This document shows, piece by piece, positions 19,331-29,758 of a stretch of DNA of 64,000 nucleotides. The DNA is from a virus (Duplodnaviria > Caudoviricetes). The stretch covers positions 128,001 to 192,000 of the IMG/VR virus record IMGVR_UViG_3300033388_005412. One strand, written 5' to 3'. Position numbers and translations under genes: made by a program. Under the pieces are notes generated by a model that ran no database searches, was not told the origin of the DNA, and saw only the letters and a list, made by a program, of their open reading frames with translations. Every line of letters begins with the position of its first letter. Position 1 is the first letter of the stretch.

Positions 19331-21316
19331 ATGGAAATGAAAATGAATGTCATTAGTGACCTGATTGTCGCTGAGTTCCTTTATAAAGGAATTGGCGAAA
19401 AGTTAAGGGAAACGGCGAAATTGAAAGGTGCTGAGAGAAAACATGTAATGGGTAGGAGCCATCACATAAGTTTTCTAAGAAACAGGCCGAATTTAAGAAG
19501 GATATTCGAAAATACCTTTACAATTATGAAGGACAACGGTAGTTATACCGATGATGAATATCTTGATGTTTGTAAGAGGGCCAGGGAATCCGGTTATGTG
19601 CCGCAATGGAATGTTAAACGTGCTCATGGAGGAGGCCAGGGCGCTCATGCATGCGGTAAAATAGAATTCGGTAAATCTCAGATCATAGAAGATATCCTTA
19701 AAGAGGATAATATGCTGGAAGAATTTAGAAATCTTCCTATTGAGAAGAGATTAAATAGAATTCAGAAGCTTATAGGTGAGATGACAAGGTTTAAAACAGA
19801 ACCTAAAGTTAAGATTGGGTTTGCCGCCAAAACATACAATGGTATTGTATGGGCAAAACCGAGCTGGATGAGGCTTAATGGTATCTCAATGGGCGCGAAG
19901 ACCACAAATGTGTTAAAGTCTCTAATTATGCCTCTGGAGGCCTTGGAAGTGACTGATTATGACATGCTTGTGAGTCCGGAGGAAAATAAATTTAACTTAA
20001 GTGAGGAAAAGCTTGGTTGTTTAATCAGGTGGGTTCCAAGATTATCACCTAAATCTTTGTTCAGCAGGAACTTAAGAAGGAAGTTTTCAGATAAGCTTGG
20101 AAGAAATCCCCAGATGAAATGGGATTTATTAAGCTTGGTTAATCATATTCCGGATGTTGACTTGTCACATGAGAGGGATATGTACGAGAAGGGGCTTATC
20201 ACAGAAGAAGATGTAAAGGCTTTATTCGGTTATGAAAAGAATGGAGAAACAGTGATTCGCCCGGTAGGTAAGCGTATCCTGGCCGGGGAGTCTATATTTC
20301 ATCCGGATATATGGGTAGAGCTTGAAAAACCTTTTAAGAAAATGGTTTTGAATAAGCTGCAGCCGAGAATCAAGGGTATTTATGGAGTGGCTATGCCGAA
20401 ATCCATGTTAAAAATGATACCGAATGAGGCGATTTACTATAAAGCATGGGTTACGAGGTATCCCTGGGTTCTTCCTATTCTTACAAAGATAGGTGTATGG
20501 GAAGGTATGATATTTGTTGATGAAGAGTTATGGGAGATGTTTGGTGGTGATTTTGATGGTGATCAGGCAGCTGCATTTGATTGGGATTCTTTGACAACTG
20601 ATCTCTATCTGGATAGGGATAAAGAGTGGCTGAAGAAGGCCATGAAGATGCCTGTTAAAGAGCCGGCTAACTTTGAAGGCAGAACAGAAGAAGAAGTTAT
20701 AGCTAAGCAGCTTAGTCAGTATTCAGGCTGTGGAACTGTGTATAATAATGCTATGACTATAGTGGATGCTGCCAGGGCCGCGGAGTGGAAGTTTAATGAT
20801 CTTGTAAAGCTGCAGGCTTATTTGTATGCTAACATAGTTCAGCCTTTTATAGATGGGTTCAAATATAAAGGCGCCAACCATGTACCAAGTCTGTATGACA
20901 TGGTTACAAGAGTTGATGATAAGTTTGATTATCTTTCTATGAAGGAAACAATGAGACTTCGTGATTTTTATAGAGCAATAAGAAGCCGCGGTAGTTTTAT
21001 GGATTTAACTGATGTGGCTAAACTCGCCAACGCTGATTCTAAAAGCTTTTATGAAAGAGTTGTCTCTATCTTCAAGGGGTGGAAAAGAGGTGATTATATC
21101 CCGGTTCCCGCGCTTGATGAGACCATCGCGAAAACAGTGAAAACCAGTTTTGTGAAGTATGGCCGTAATGTTGAGGCGAGATATGATAGCTTTAACTATT
21201 TGATAACAAGTACTGAAGTACTGAAGGAGGTAATAAGAAATTGTTATGAGAGAAAGGATTACAGTTTGGCTGAGTATTTAGTTGTGAAATTGAATGTTGT
21301 TGCAGAGGAGGTGTAA
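19331..21316 (+). CDS. putative single-chain two-barrel (DPBB) RNA polymerase, copy 1 (661 aa)
   Basis: GAKTTNVLKSLI, VTRYP, MFGGDFDGDQAAAF (motif starts ~20543), PFIDGFK. Confidence 0.75.
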   Translation: MEMKMNVISDLIVAEFLYKGIGEKLRETAKLKGAERKHVMGRSHHISFLRNRPNLRRIFENTFTIMKDNGSYTDDEYLDVCKRARESGYVPQWNVKRAHGGGQGAHACGKIEFGKSQIIEDILKEDNMLEEFRNLPIEKRLNRIQKLIGEMTRFKTEPKVKIGFAAKTYNGIVWAKPSWMRLNGISMGAKTTNVLKSLIMPLEALEVTDYDMLVSPEENKFNLSEEKLGCLIRWVPRLSPKSLFSRNLRRKFSDKLGRNPQMKWDLLSLVNHIPDVDLSHERDMYEKGLITEEDVKALFGYEKNGETVIRPVGKRILAGESIFHPDIWVELEKPFKKMVLNKLQPRIKGIYGVAMPKSMLKMIPNEAIYYKAWVTRYPWVLPILTKIGVWEGMIFVDEELWEMFGGDFDGDQAAAFDWDSLTTDLYLDRDKEWLKKAMKMPVKEPANFEGRTEEEVIAKQLSQYSGCGTVYNNAMTIVDAARAAEWKFNDLVKLQAYLYANIVQPFIDGFKYKGANHVPSLYDMVTRVDDKFDYLSMKETMRLRDFYRAIRSRGSFMDLTDVAKLANADSKSFYERVVSIFKGWKRGDYIPVPALDETIAKTVKTSFVKYGRNVEARYDSFNYLITSTEVLKEVIRNCYERKDYSLAEYLVVKLNVVAEEV

Positions 21317-21317
21317 C

Positions 21318-21854
21318 ATGGATAAAAGACTTTTGATTGGATTAGGTATTATAGGCGGCGCGCTTGGTGTCGTTGCCTATAAAAAGAGAGAAGAGCTTGC
21401 TGTGTTTGGGAAGAAAATGCTGAAAGCGTATATGATAGGCGCCAGACAGCATGAGGAATATATGTATGGTGATCCAGATGCGGCAGTTGGTGATATGCTT
21501 GATGGCGTTGGTGAACTTGCCAGGGCTGATGATAAGTATATCTCACATTTCTTTTCGTTTCATGCGACAGGTGTGACGTTTAAAGATAGACAGGATCTTA
21601 TAAGATATACGAATAAGGACACTGGCTTGCATTTTAAGAAGAATCCTGTTGAAGAAGACAAGAATGCTGTGGCGATTGTGGATGATCATAGTAGAATTCT
21701 TGGTTGGGTTCCTAGAACCATAGCTCCGCATATAGGTGGTAAGATGGACAAGGAGTTGATTAACATAGTGTCATGGAGAAAAGTAGGTGGGGAGAATGAT
21801 TATAAGTATGGTCTTGTTATAACTGTTGATGATAAAACAATTGAATATGCTTAG
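21318..21854 (+). CDS. HIRAN-domain protein with an N-terminal hydrophobic segment
   Basis: GVTFKDRQ...NPVEEDKNAVAI...LGWVPR..A motif; N-terminal LLIGLGIIGGALGVVAY. Confidence 0.7.
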   Translation: MDKRLLIGLGIIGGALGVVAYKKREELAVFGKKMLKAYMIGARQHEEYMYGDPDAAVGDMLDGVGELARADDKYISHFFSFHATGVTFKDRQDLIRYTNKDTGLHFKKNPVEEDKNAVAIVDDHSRILGWVPRTIAPHIGGKMDKELINIVSWRKVGGENDYKYGLVITVDDKTIEYA

Positions 21855-22568
21855 GTGTAGAGAGTTTATTCAAAACCCGGAGGATTCCCATTCTGAATAC
21901 CTCGCCCGGCAGAAGGCCGGGAATATGAAAGAGAAGAATCAGAAACGGACTCTTGTGAAGGGATTACACGTTTTTCCCATGAAAAATTGGCAGAATTACA
22001 CGTTTTTGACAGGAAGAATACAATTTGTTGAAGTAAAGAATGCCCATATAGGGTGAAGGAGATAAGATGAAAACAAGAGAAGTTGAGCTGTTCATTGATG
22101 ATGAACTGATTAATCTGGTGGTTGATGAGCATGATCAAATCATAGCGCCGGAAGAGTACAAAGAAGATTCATTGATTGATCTGATACAGTATGAACATGA
22201 TTATGCGATTGAAATTGGTAGTGTTGAGTGGCTGGAGGGGATACGCAAAGCCAGGAAATTAAAGGCCGCGGCCCAGACTGCGGCATGGAACGATTTGGTC
22301 CCGGAGAACGGCCATCTGAAGAAGGACGGATACATAGGAGGAGCAGATGAAAGAAATTAAAGCATGGGAGACCAGTGATGATATGATTTTCGATTCAAAG
22401 AAAGATGCGAGAATTCATCAGCGGTTTATTGATTTCAAGCGTAGTGCCGAAAACTTTGTTGAGAAACATATGTGTCATGAGAATGATAAAGACGACGTCC
22501 TGAGAATGCTGCTTGAGCATAGACGTGAATTGTATGATATGCTCAAAAAGGCCGAAGATTAATGCAAG

Positions 22569-23120
22569 GACTGAAGCATAGAACGAAGCATGGAACGTCA
22601 TTCCATGCGATCTTCTATGCTGCAGTCGTGCAGTTATGTGATTTTTGGCACATAAATCATGAAAAAGGGTTGATTTACTACTATATATATACTTAACTTA
22701 TAATATATACTAGTAATTTATTATAATATGTTATTATAATAAAGAAACCTAACTAGAATATACATAACAATTATAATAAATCTTATTATAATAAAAAAGC
22801 TTATTAAAAATAGACACTATTATTATAATAAAATATCATAAGTCTATTAATGATATACTAGTATAATACAGTCTATTTAGGACTCATTTGACGAATCTAT
22901 CATCAGAGTCCAGTAGGGGCTACACTTGGACTCATATGATAGCCGCGAGGATACGTTACAGCTAAGAATATAACTGTGCAAATACTATTTAATAGTACTT
23001 TATAGTACTTAATAGTACTTAATAGTATTTGATTCAAATGAAGTTGGCGGAAAAGGGTCTCGCCTACTGCTATATATTGATTTTAAGATGGTACGATATG
23101 GTTCGTTTTCAGCATAAAAG
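22569..23120. other. ~550-bp non-coding region: long hairpin, AT-rich core and 10-bp tandem repeats (candidate origin or control region)
   Basis: Imperfect inverted repeat 22569-22627; repeated TTATAATAA; AATAGTACTT-like x4 at 22991-23030. Confidence 0.6.
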
Positions 23121-23852
23121 GGGTCTTAGGCCTCATTGTGTGATGGAGACAGGAATAGGGGTGTTAAAAGGAGGTTGTTATGAGTGATACACATGATGAT
23201 AATGACAAAACAGCTGGTATTATAAAGAAGCTGAAAGATATTGTCAAAGATAAGGATGAAGAGATAACGCGTAAGAATCATCGTATTGATAGTTATGAGA
23301 TGAAGATCCGCGAACTTGAGAATGAGCTGTACGGGAGGATTGATGAGTAATTTGGAAAAATTCAATATAAATGAGCAATTATACTATCACGGAAACTTTC
23401 TTGAGCTTGATGAATCAATTGCGGAAAAGGTTGATGAGGTAGTTAATCAGGAAATCAATGAAATGTTTGGTGATATTGTGAAGAAAGTGAATAAAATAAT
23501 AGAAGATAGGACTCTTAAAATCAAAGTGGTATGGAAAGATTCGAAATGGGATATTTCAGAAAGGAAAGTCGGCAATCCGGACTGAAAATCGCCGAGGGAG
23601 GTAAAAAGTGCAGATAGAGATTAAAAAAGAACTAGTTAAGAAATTTGAAGACCTGAAAGTGGAAAGAGGGGATGGGTCCCCGGTAGACCTGGGTGATTAT
23701 GTAAATGGAGTCTTATTTAATGATTTAGCAATGGTAAAAGAAATTCTCGATAACAATCCCGGCCGTAAAGATAAATCTCCCGGTAAAGCTGGCGGCCTTG
23801 ATGATCTTCCTTATTAGTCCATTAGTTTGTTGGTTTATTAGCCCATTAGTAT

Positions 23853-23949
23853 TACACTTTAATGTACAGAAGAATGTAAAAGTCTTTGCACTTTGATGTA
23901 CAGAGAAATGTAAAAAATGGTTTACATTTTAATGTACAGAAGAATGTAA
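23853..23949. repeat. three 27-nt direct repeats with 7- and 9-nt spacers
   Basis: TACACTTTAATGTACAGAAGAATGTAA-like copies at 23853, 23887 and 23923. Confidence 0.85.
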
Positions 23950-24317
23950 TTTCTCGACGGTAAAAATAGTAAATATGTTTGTTCCGGTGTGTATAATGAA
24001 ACCAGAGAACAATACAACAATTATCAATATTAATGTTAAATATCAGCGGTAATGATAATCATTAACAATGACATCGATATTGATATTGTTGTAAAGGAGG
24101 AAAAATGGGAGGAATAAATGACACTTAAAAGATGTATTGAGATTGGAAAGGCTTGTGGATTAACAACATTAGGAGAAGCATATGATAATATTGACATACA
24201 TGCCATTAGTTTATTTGGTTATTATGATATCAAAAAGGAACTTACTAAATTAAGAAGTGAAATTCTGAAAAAATATAATCAGACTTCAATCGATAAATGG
24301 ATTGATGATATAAAGAT

Positions 24318-24806
24318 ATGATTTATGTTTTAAACTTCAGGGATATTGTGCCGGCAGGTGTAACGACTGTTAATATTACGAGTCGTTCTACTGGATGGTC
24401 AAGAAAGTTAAGTCCTTTCTTTCTTGGACCTGTTATGATAAATGATAGAAAGTGTATGAATGTTGAAAATGCCTGGCAGTTCTCAAAGGTTTATCCTGAT
24501 CATATTGATAGTAATGGTGATCCTACTGAAGAATACTTTATATGAAGAAATAAAGGATATTCTGATACTTGGGTTCACCGCCGGCCGAAAGGCAGAATGA
24601 AACCTGAGTATGCATGGCTGAATGGAAAAAAGCTGGGATATATTGAGTCAAGAAAACAAATATATATCCCTTTGTATTCTGAAGCTGTTCAGAATGCTTT
24701 GAAAATGTCATGGACTGATGTTGTGAATGATTCATCCAGAATAATGGGACATGGATTTGTTCTGAGTCAAATACTTAGAGAAAAAAGTGGTATTCTATGT
24801 ATATAG
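24318..24806 (+). pseudogene. DUF6939/NADAR-like gene split by an in-frame TGA
   Basis: SPFFLGPV...ENAWQFSKVY and GYIESRKQIYIPLY lie in one frame, separated by TGA at 24543-24545. Confidence 0.6.
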
Positions 24807-26391
24807 ATTTAGGATATCCCTTGAAGGAGAGTTATTAAAATGGAATTTGTAATCGCTCTTATATGGATTTTATTGATTTTTATTCATTTGAAGCTTTATG
24901 ATGTAGACTTGAATGTGAAACGCATATTAAGAGAATTAGAAAGAAATAAGGAGGATGAATGAGTTTCAAAGATGATGTAATGTTAGGATTAGAAAATGGT
25001 CATATCAAAGAAAAAGTTAAATTTTTGCCGGAATGTCAGGGTGACTTACAAGGTGAAAAGTCTAAAACTTATTTTGTATTACCAGACATGGGGAATCCAT
25101 TACAGGACCGAGTATATATTACTCCGGTAAATCGAAAAGAAGGAGAAGAGACTTTTAGATACTCATATTCAAAGAGTTTAAGTTATTCGCCTGTTACAAA
25201 AAAGGATATTAATTCATATAGACAAATGCATTATCCTTTAAGGAGAAATAAATGAGTGTTATTAATTATAAGGATTTAAAAGAACATCTTGGTCATCGAA
25301 TAGTTTGTGTTAGTTATGAAAGTCCCGGAGAAAATAAAGAGAACATTGCACTGGAATGTGAGGATTGTAATGAAGTTCTTTTGGATTTTGATAAAGAGGA
25401 AGTTGCCGATTCTAAGGAGCAGACTGCCGATTTCAAGACGGAATGGTCAATAAAGATAAAAGAAATTACATTAAAAATACGGGGTTGGTTATTTGATGGT
25501 GTTGATGTTCGTGCTATTCTGAATGAAAATGAAAATGATGTTTATTGGCAAATGCACGATTAAGGAGTGAAAAATGACTAAAATATTAATAAATCCGCCA
25601 CCGAAAGATGGCCGTTGTAATTGCTGTGGTAAAAAAGCTAAATTAATTAAAACATTTAGGGCTATGGCCCCGAAAGATGATATCAGAGAAACTCTTATTA
25701 ATGAAGTTGATGACTGGAATAAATTATTTATGCATAATAAAAGATTAGCAGCAGACTTGTCTTTTTATGATCAATTAGTAAATACAGTTGAAGCAAGCTG
25801 GGAATGTAATGATTGTATATCACTAGAAGGTGAAGAGTTTTATAATAAACAAGAAAGTAGAAATGAATAAACCTGAAAAGAAAATTTGCAGTATGTCATA
25901 TACCGCATCAAAAGAAGAGAGTTATAAAAACATAGGATATAATCAAGCTATTGATGATTATGAAAAGTTTCTGCCGACTGAAGATGATTTACGACTTATA
26001 ATCTCTGAATTTACAGGATTTGATAGTGTAAAAGATAAGCTATCTAACATTCTTTCAAAAAGAATAAGAGGTGAAAAATGAGTGATAGAATAACTGTGGC
26101 TAACGGAAAATATACTGTTATTATGTATGATGACGGTAGAATGGAAGCGCTTAGACATGGCGAAAAATGGCAGGAATCTTTAAGCAGTAATTTGATAGGA
26201 ACATTAGCTAATGATTTATTAGAGGCTCGCGCAGAGTCAACGAGATTGACGAAGGCATTAGAAAAGATAAACAAACTATCCGCAAATCCATTAACAAAAA
26301 CAATGGGTAAAGAAAGGATAGATTTATTAAGAGGTATTGCAAAGATATTTGACATTACATTTAAAGAACTTGCCGAATATAAGGAGGATAA

Positions 26392-26922
26392 ATGAAAAAC
26401 AAACAAAATATGTTGTTTAATGGTATAAAATTTTTAATTGCTGATGAGATTAAAAATGATAAATGTGGGGTGCATTTTATAAAAATGTCTAAGTTTTTTA
26501 ATCGTATTAAAATAAAGATATGGCTTGAACGTCCTGGTTTGTTTATCGGGTATCATGGTCGAAAGATAGATGATATTCAGGCAAAAATTGAAGATAATTT
26601 TAAATTAAAAGTAAAATTTGTATTAAAAGATTATGAACCTCTGCCAATAGATTTGAACAGTAATTTGATAATACCATTAGCTAGTGATTTATTAGATGCG
26701 CTTACAGAATCAGCGAAATTGGCGAAGGCATTAAAAAAGTATGGACAACACGATGAGAGTTGTATTGCTTGTCAGTGGCGAGAAGGACGACCGACTGCCG
26801 ATGGAGGATATGAAAGTCTGTTCGGTTATGGAAAAAATGCCAAATGGTATAAGCGTAACGAATATCCAGAATGCACTTGTGGATTTGCCAAAGCACTCGC
26901 AGAATATAAGGAGGATAAATGA
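26392..26922 (+). CDS. protein with a type-II KH domain resembling ribosomal protein uS3 N-terminus, fused to a zinc-ribbon tail
   Basis: IKIWLERPGLFIGYHGRKIDDI versus uS3 [20 protein letters not shown]. Confidence 0.6.
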   Translation: MKNKQNMLFNGIKFLIADEIKNDKCGVHFIKMSKFFNRIKIKIWLERPGLFIGYHGRKIDDIQAKIEDNFKLKVKFVLKDYEPLPIDLNSNLIIPLASDLLDALTESAKLAKALKKYGQHDESCIACQWREGRPTADGGYESLFGYGKNAKWYKRNEYPECTCGFAKALAEYKEDK

Positions 26923-28195
26923 AAATGCCGGATGAATGCTCGAATTGTGATTATGTTAAAGCGTGTTATTGGGAAGAATCCTGGCCGTTATGTATCCGTA
27001 ATCCAAAATCTAACTTAAATTTAGTAGGACAGTTGGCGAAAAGATTGAAGGTTATTGATAAAAATATAACGATTATCTTCATGCCTAATCAGGAAGTTCA
27101 GATAAGTGAAGATGATAATATTCCGACGAATTATGATTTTAGCGATGCGTCTGATAAGGAGGAAAAATGATAAAATCAAAATTGTATAAAGTTGAAAATC
27201 CGGCTGTTGAAGACGGCATTGAAGTATGGTTGGTTGTGGCGAAAACAAGCGTGGAAGCAATGCAGATGGTAAGAAATACATTAAATGAAAAAGCATTAAA
27301 ATATATTGATGAGGCTGGAGGTTTTGATGTAAAAATAATCGAGCCGAAATATGGTATTACTGATTATATCAGCTGGTTTATCCCCGCTGGAGGACCCGGA
27401 GTATAAGGAGGAAAAATGAAAATTGATAAATACATGATGGCGACAAAAGCGATGCATACACTGGGAGATATAAGCAGAGACGTTGAAGATATTTGTTGTA
27501 TTCATGAGGAAAAAGATGATTGTTATATTGGAAGCTGGATCTCGGGTTATGGTTTCATAAATGTTGAATTTCCAAAAGAAACAACCCGCGAACTTACTTC
27601 TGATGAAGTTAAAAAATATAATGGACGTAATTATCAGATTTCTAATCAACCGCCTTTTAAATTGAATATTAAAAATAAGGAGGAAAAATGAGATGGTGTG
27701 ATATGTTCGGCGAATTGTTCTCCGAACCTGTGAAAATTATATGCGATCTTAAAGTTAATGGATCTGTTTACAGTGATAGACTATTCACATGGGATATGAC
27801 AAAACATAATGTCTTATGCGAAAAACATTTCGGCGATGCCGGACAAAAATGGGATGATCGTGATCCAGTTAAAATAGAATTGTTTCTCCAGGATTATCTT
27901 GGGAAAAAATTAAAACTTGTTAAGATTATAAAATCAACAAATGCAAGTACCGGATTTCCGGTATATCAATTCGCATATCATATAGCTGAGGAGGATAAAT
28001 GAAGACTTATAATATTGTAGTTATCAATGGAAAAACAATTTTAGGTACCGTTAAAGGATTAACAAAAAAACAAGTTATGAGAATACTTAATATAACTTCC
28101 ATGGAATTTTACACTTATAAACAATATGGATGTTTTGGATTGATTAAGAAAAAATCCAATTTATTTTTTGGATACAAAATAAAGGAGAATAAAAA

Positions 28196-28621
28196 ATGAA
28201 ATTTAGAGGAAAACGAAAAGATAATGGTGAGCGGGTTAAAGGTGATTTGTTGAGAAATAAAATATCCTTAACTGGAGAAGGTAAAATCAATGGACAAATA
28301 ACTATTGATAATAAAACAACATTCACTGCTATTGTTGATAGTGACGGAGTTTTATACGAAGTCTACCCCGAAAGCGTCGGAATGTCCATACTTCGAAAGG
28401 ATAAACACGGAGTTGAGATATTCGGCTCAATTCCTATTAATGGCAAGATGAGCAGGGGTGGGGATATAATAAAGACGACGGGAAGTATTGACAATATTGA
28501 AACGGCAAAAATAGAATTCAAAAGAGGATGTTTTAAAGATAATTATTATGGATTTTGTTTAAGTGACAACAAAGAATATCAAATAGAAATAATCGGCAAG
28601 CAGTATGAGGAGGATAAGTGA
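28196..28621 (+). CDS. YopX-family protein
   Basis: KFRGKRKDNGE.V.G.L...YEVYPESVG...KDKHG.EIF..GDII...EIIG. Confidence 0.7.
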   Translation: MKFRGKRKDNGERVKGDLLRNKISLTGEGKINGQITIDNKTTFTAIVDSDGVLYEVYPESVGMSILRKDKHGVEIFGSIPINGKMSRGGDIIKTTGSIDNIETAKIEFKRGCFKDNYYGFCLSDNKEYQIEIIGKQYEEDK

Positions 28622-28836
28622 ATATATGTATCATATGTAAGAAAGAATGTGGTAATGGTGGAACAGAATTGGATGGTGTACGATATCCCATACATCTAGA
28701 TTGTTATAAAAATTCTAATGAAGAAATTTTGAGGAAAACAATAGAAAAAAATAAAGAAGATAATTGAATTTTAAAGAATATTTTTTGTTGATTGCCCGAC
28801 GGTCCAAAGACGTTCGGGTTGAAAAAGGAGGTAATC

Positions 28837-29124
28837 ATGAAGATTACAGTCGCTGGTATCAAACCGGCTAAGAAAGAGAAGAATGATGGTACGCCGAATC
28901 CTGTGAAGGCCTATGCTGGTCTGCACCTGGGAACCGAGGAAATGCCTAAGATGTGGGGCATTCACGGTATTAAGGTTGTCAAAGGTAAAAACGGACTGTT
29001 CGTGGCTATGCCTGGTTACAAAAACGGGGATAAGTTTCAGGATCAGGCCCATCCCTTGACTAAAGAAGGAAGAGAAATCGTTACGAATTTGGTGCTTGAT
29101 GCTTTTAAGAAGATAAAAGTGTAA
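28837..29124 (+). CDS. spoVG: SpoVG-family nucleic-acid-binding protein, copy 1
   Basis: VKAYA.L...IHGIKVVKGKNGLFVAMP...FQDQAHPLTKEGR. Confidence 0.85.
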   Translation: MKITVAGIKPAKKEKNDGTPNPVKAYAGLHLGTEEMPKMWGIHGIKVVKGKNGLFVAMPGYKNGDKFQDQAHPLTKEGREIVTNLVLDAFKKIKV

Positions 29125-29145
29125 GTACAGACTGAGGTATAATAT

Positions 29146-29313
29146 GTGGCCGTGGCGCACTGTGAGGCGTTATATCACTGTAAGTTCTGGGGAAGAACTC
29201 TGATCAAGCTCTCCGGACAACTGCAGTGACGAACAAATAAAGGACAAACGGCAATGTTCCTGTCCAACATGGGACTAAGTGAACCGTAGCAGGTAAGAAT
29301 CCTGCCGGCTGCA
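29146..29313 (+). ncRNA. 168-nt tRNA-like RNA: acceptor, D and T arms around a ~110-nt structured insert
   Basis: GUGGCCG/CGGCUGC-A acceptor, GCGC/GCGU D stem, GCAGG-UAAGAAU-CCUGC T arm; TATAAT ends 4 nt upstream. Confidence 0.6.
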
Positions 29314-29497
29314 TATAAAAGGAGATAAATAGATGGAATATATGATTACAGCAAATATTGTGTTAGCTTTAGTTAATGTAACAACTTCTAAAGGCTGGCA
29401 CACGAGATTGGGGTGGATTTGTGCCGCGCTTTATGGCGCGGGATGGTTATTAGCAAGAATACAGTTGGCAAAAATAATGGAACGATGAATAATATAA

Positions 29498-29571
29498 GGG
29501 GCGGTGGCGGAATATGCTTTCCGTTAAATGCGGGCTCGTCATTAAGTTGGCAAATCAGAACGGCCGCCCCG
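29498..29571 (+). ncRNA. degenerate tRNA-like element (74 nt)
   Basis: Perfect GGGGCGG/CCGCCCC stem at tRNA spacing and GCGG/CCGU D-like arm; anticodon and T arms are poor. Confidence 0.4.
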
Positions 29572-29599
29572 CAATGGAATTAAGTAATGAATGTGAATG

Positions 29600-29758
29600 A
29601 TGAAAGCAATGTATATGCGGCTTATGGACGAACTCGGCAGAGAGCCGACGGAAGACGAAATGGGCAACGAAAACGCACGGCTAATTGATAAGGCAAAAGA
29701 CAAAGCCGACGATGAGGCTTTGCAAGAAAAAGCGGAGGCAAGTAATGGGCTATTATGA
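29600..29758 (+). CDS. small protein missed by the ORF track, duplicated at 49739-49879
   Basis: MKAMYMRLMDELGREPT.DEM..ENARLIDKAK near-identical in both copies. Confidence 0.75.
   Translation: MKAMYMRLMDELGREPTEDEMGNENARLIDKAKDKADDEALQEKAEASNGLL

Noticed and set aside
19331-21316. The GGDFDGD protein as a diguanylate cyclase (GGDEF), reverse transcriptase or EF-hand/FG-GAP protein
   Set aside because: The motif is DxDGD with an upstream RxP and a distal lysine pair; there is no GGDEF, YxDD or repeated calcium-loop context.
18845-22562. Slightly higher GC and more G-ending codons around RNAP copy 1 as evidence of recent horizontal acquisition
   Set aside because: This rests on a few hand-counted lines with overlapping values; a sliding-window GC and codon-usage computation is needed before claiming it.
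23853-23949. Mini CRISPR array
   Set aside because: The spacers are only 7 and 9 nt, the repeats are degenerate, and no cas genes are present.
24543-24545. Genome-wide TGA or TAG recoding (alternative genetic code)
   Set aside because: Long conserved genes are intact under code 11, many genes end in TGA overlapping the next ATG, and no suppressor tRNA is seen; a single nonsense site is more parsimonious.
29146-29313. Ordinary tRNA with a self-splicing intron
   Set aside because: The insert (~110 nt) is shorter than typical group I cores, no P7 motif pair is recognisable, and no anticodon stem halves could be identified.
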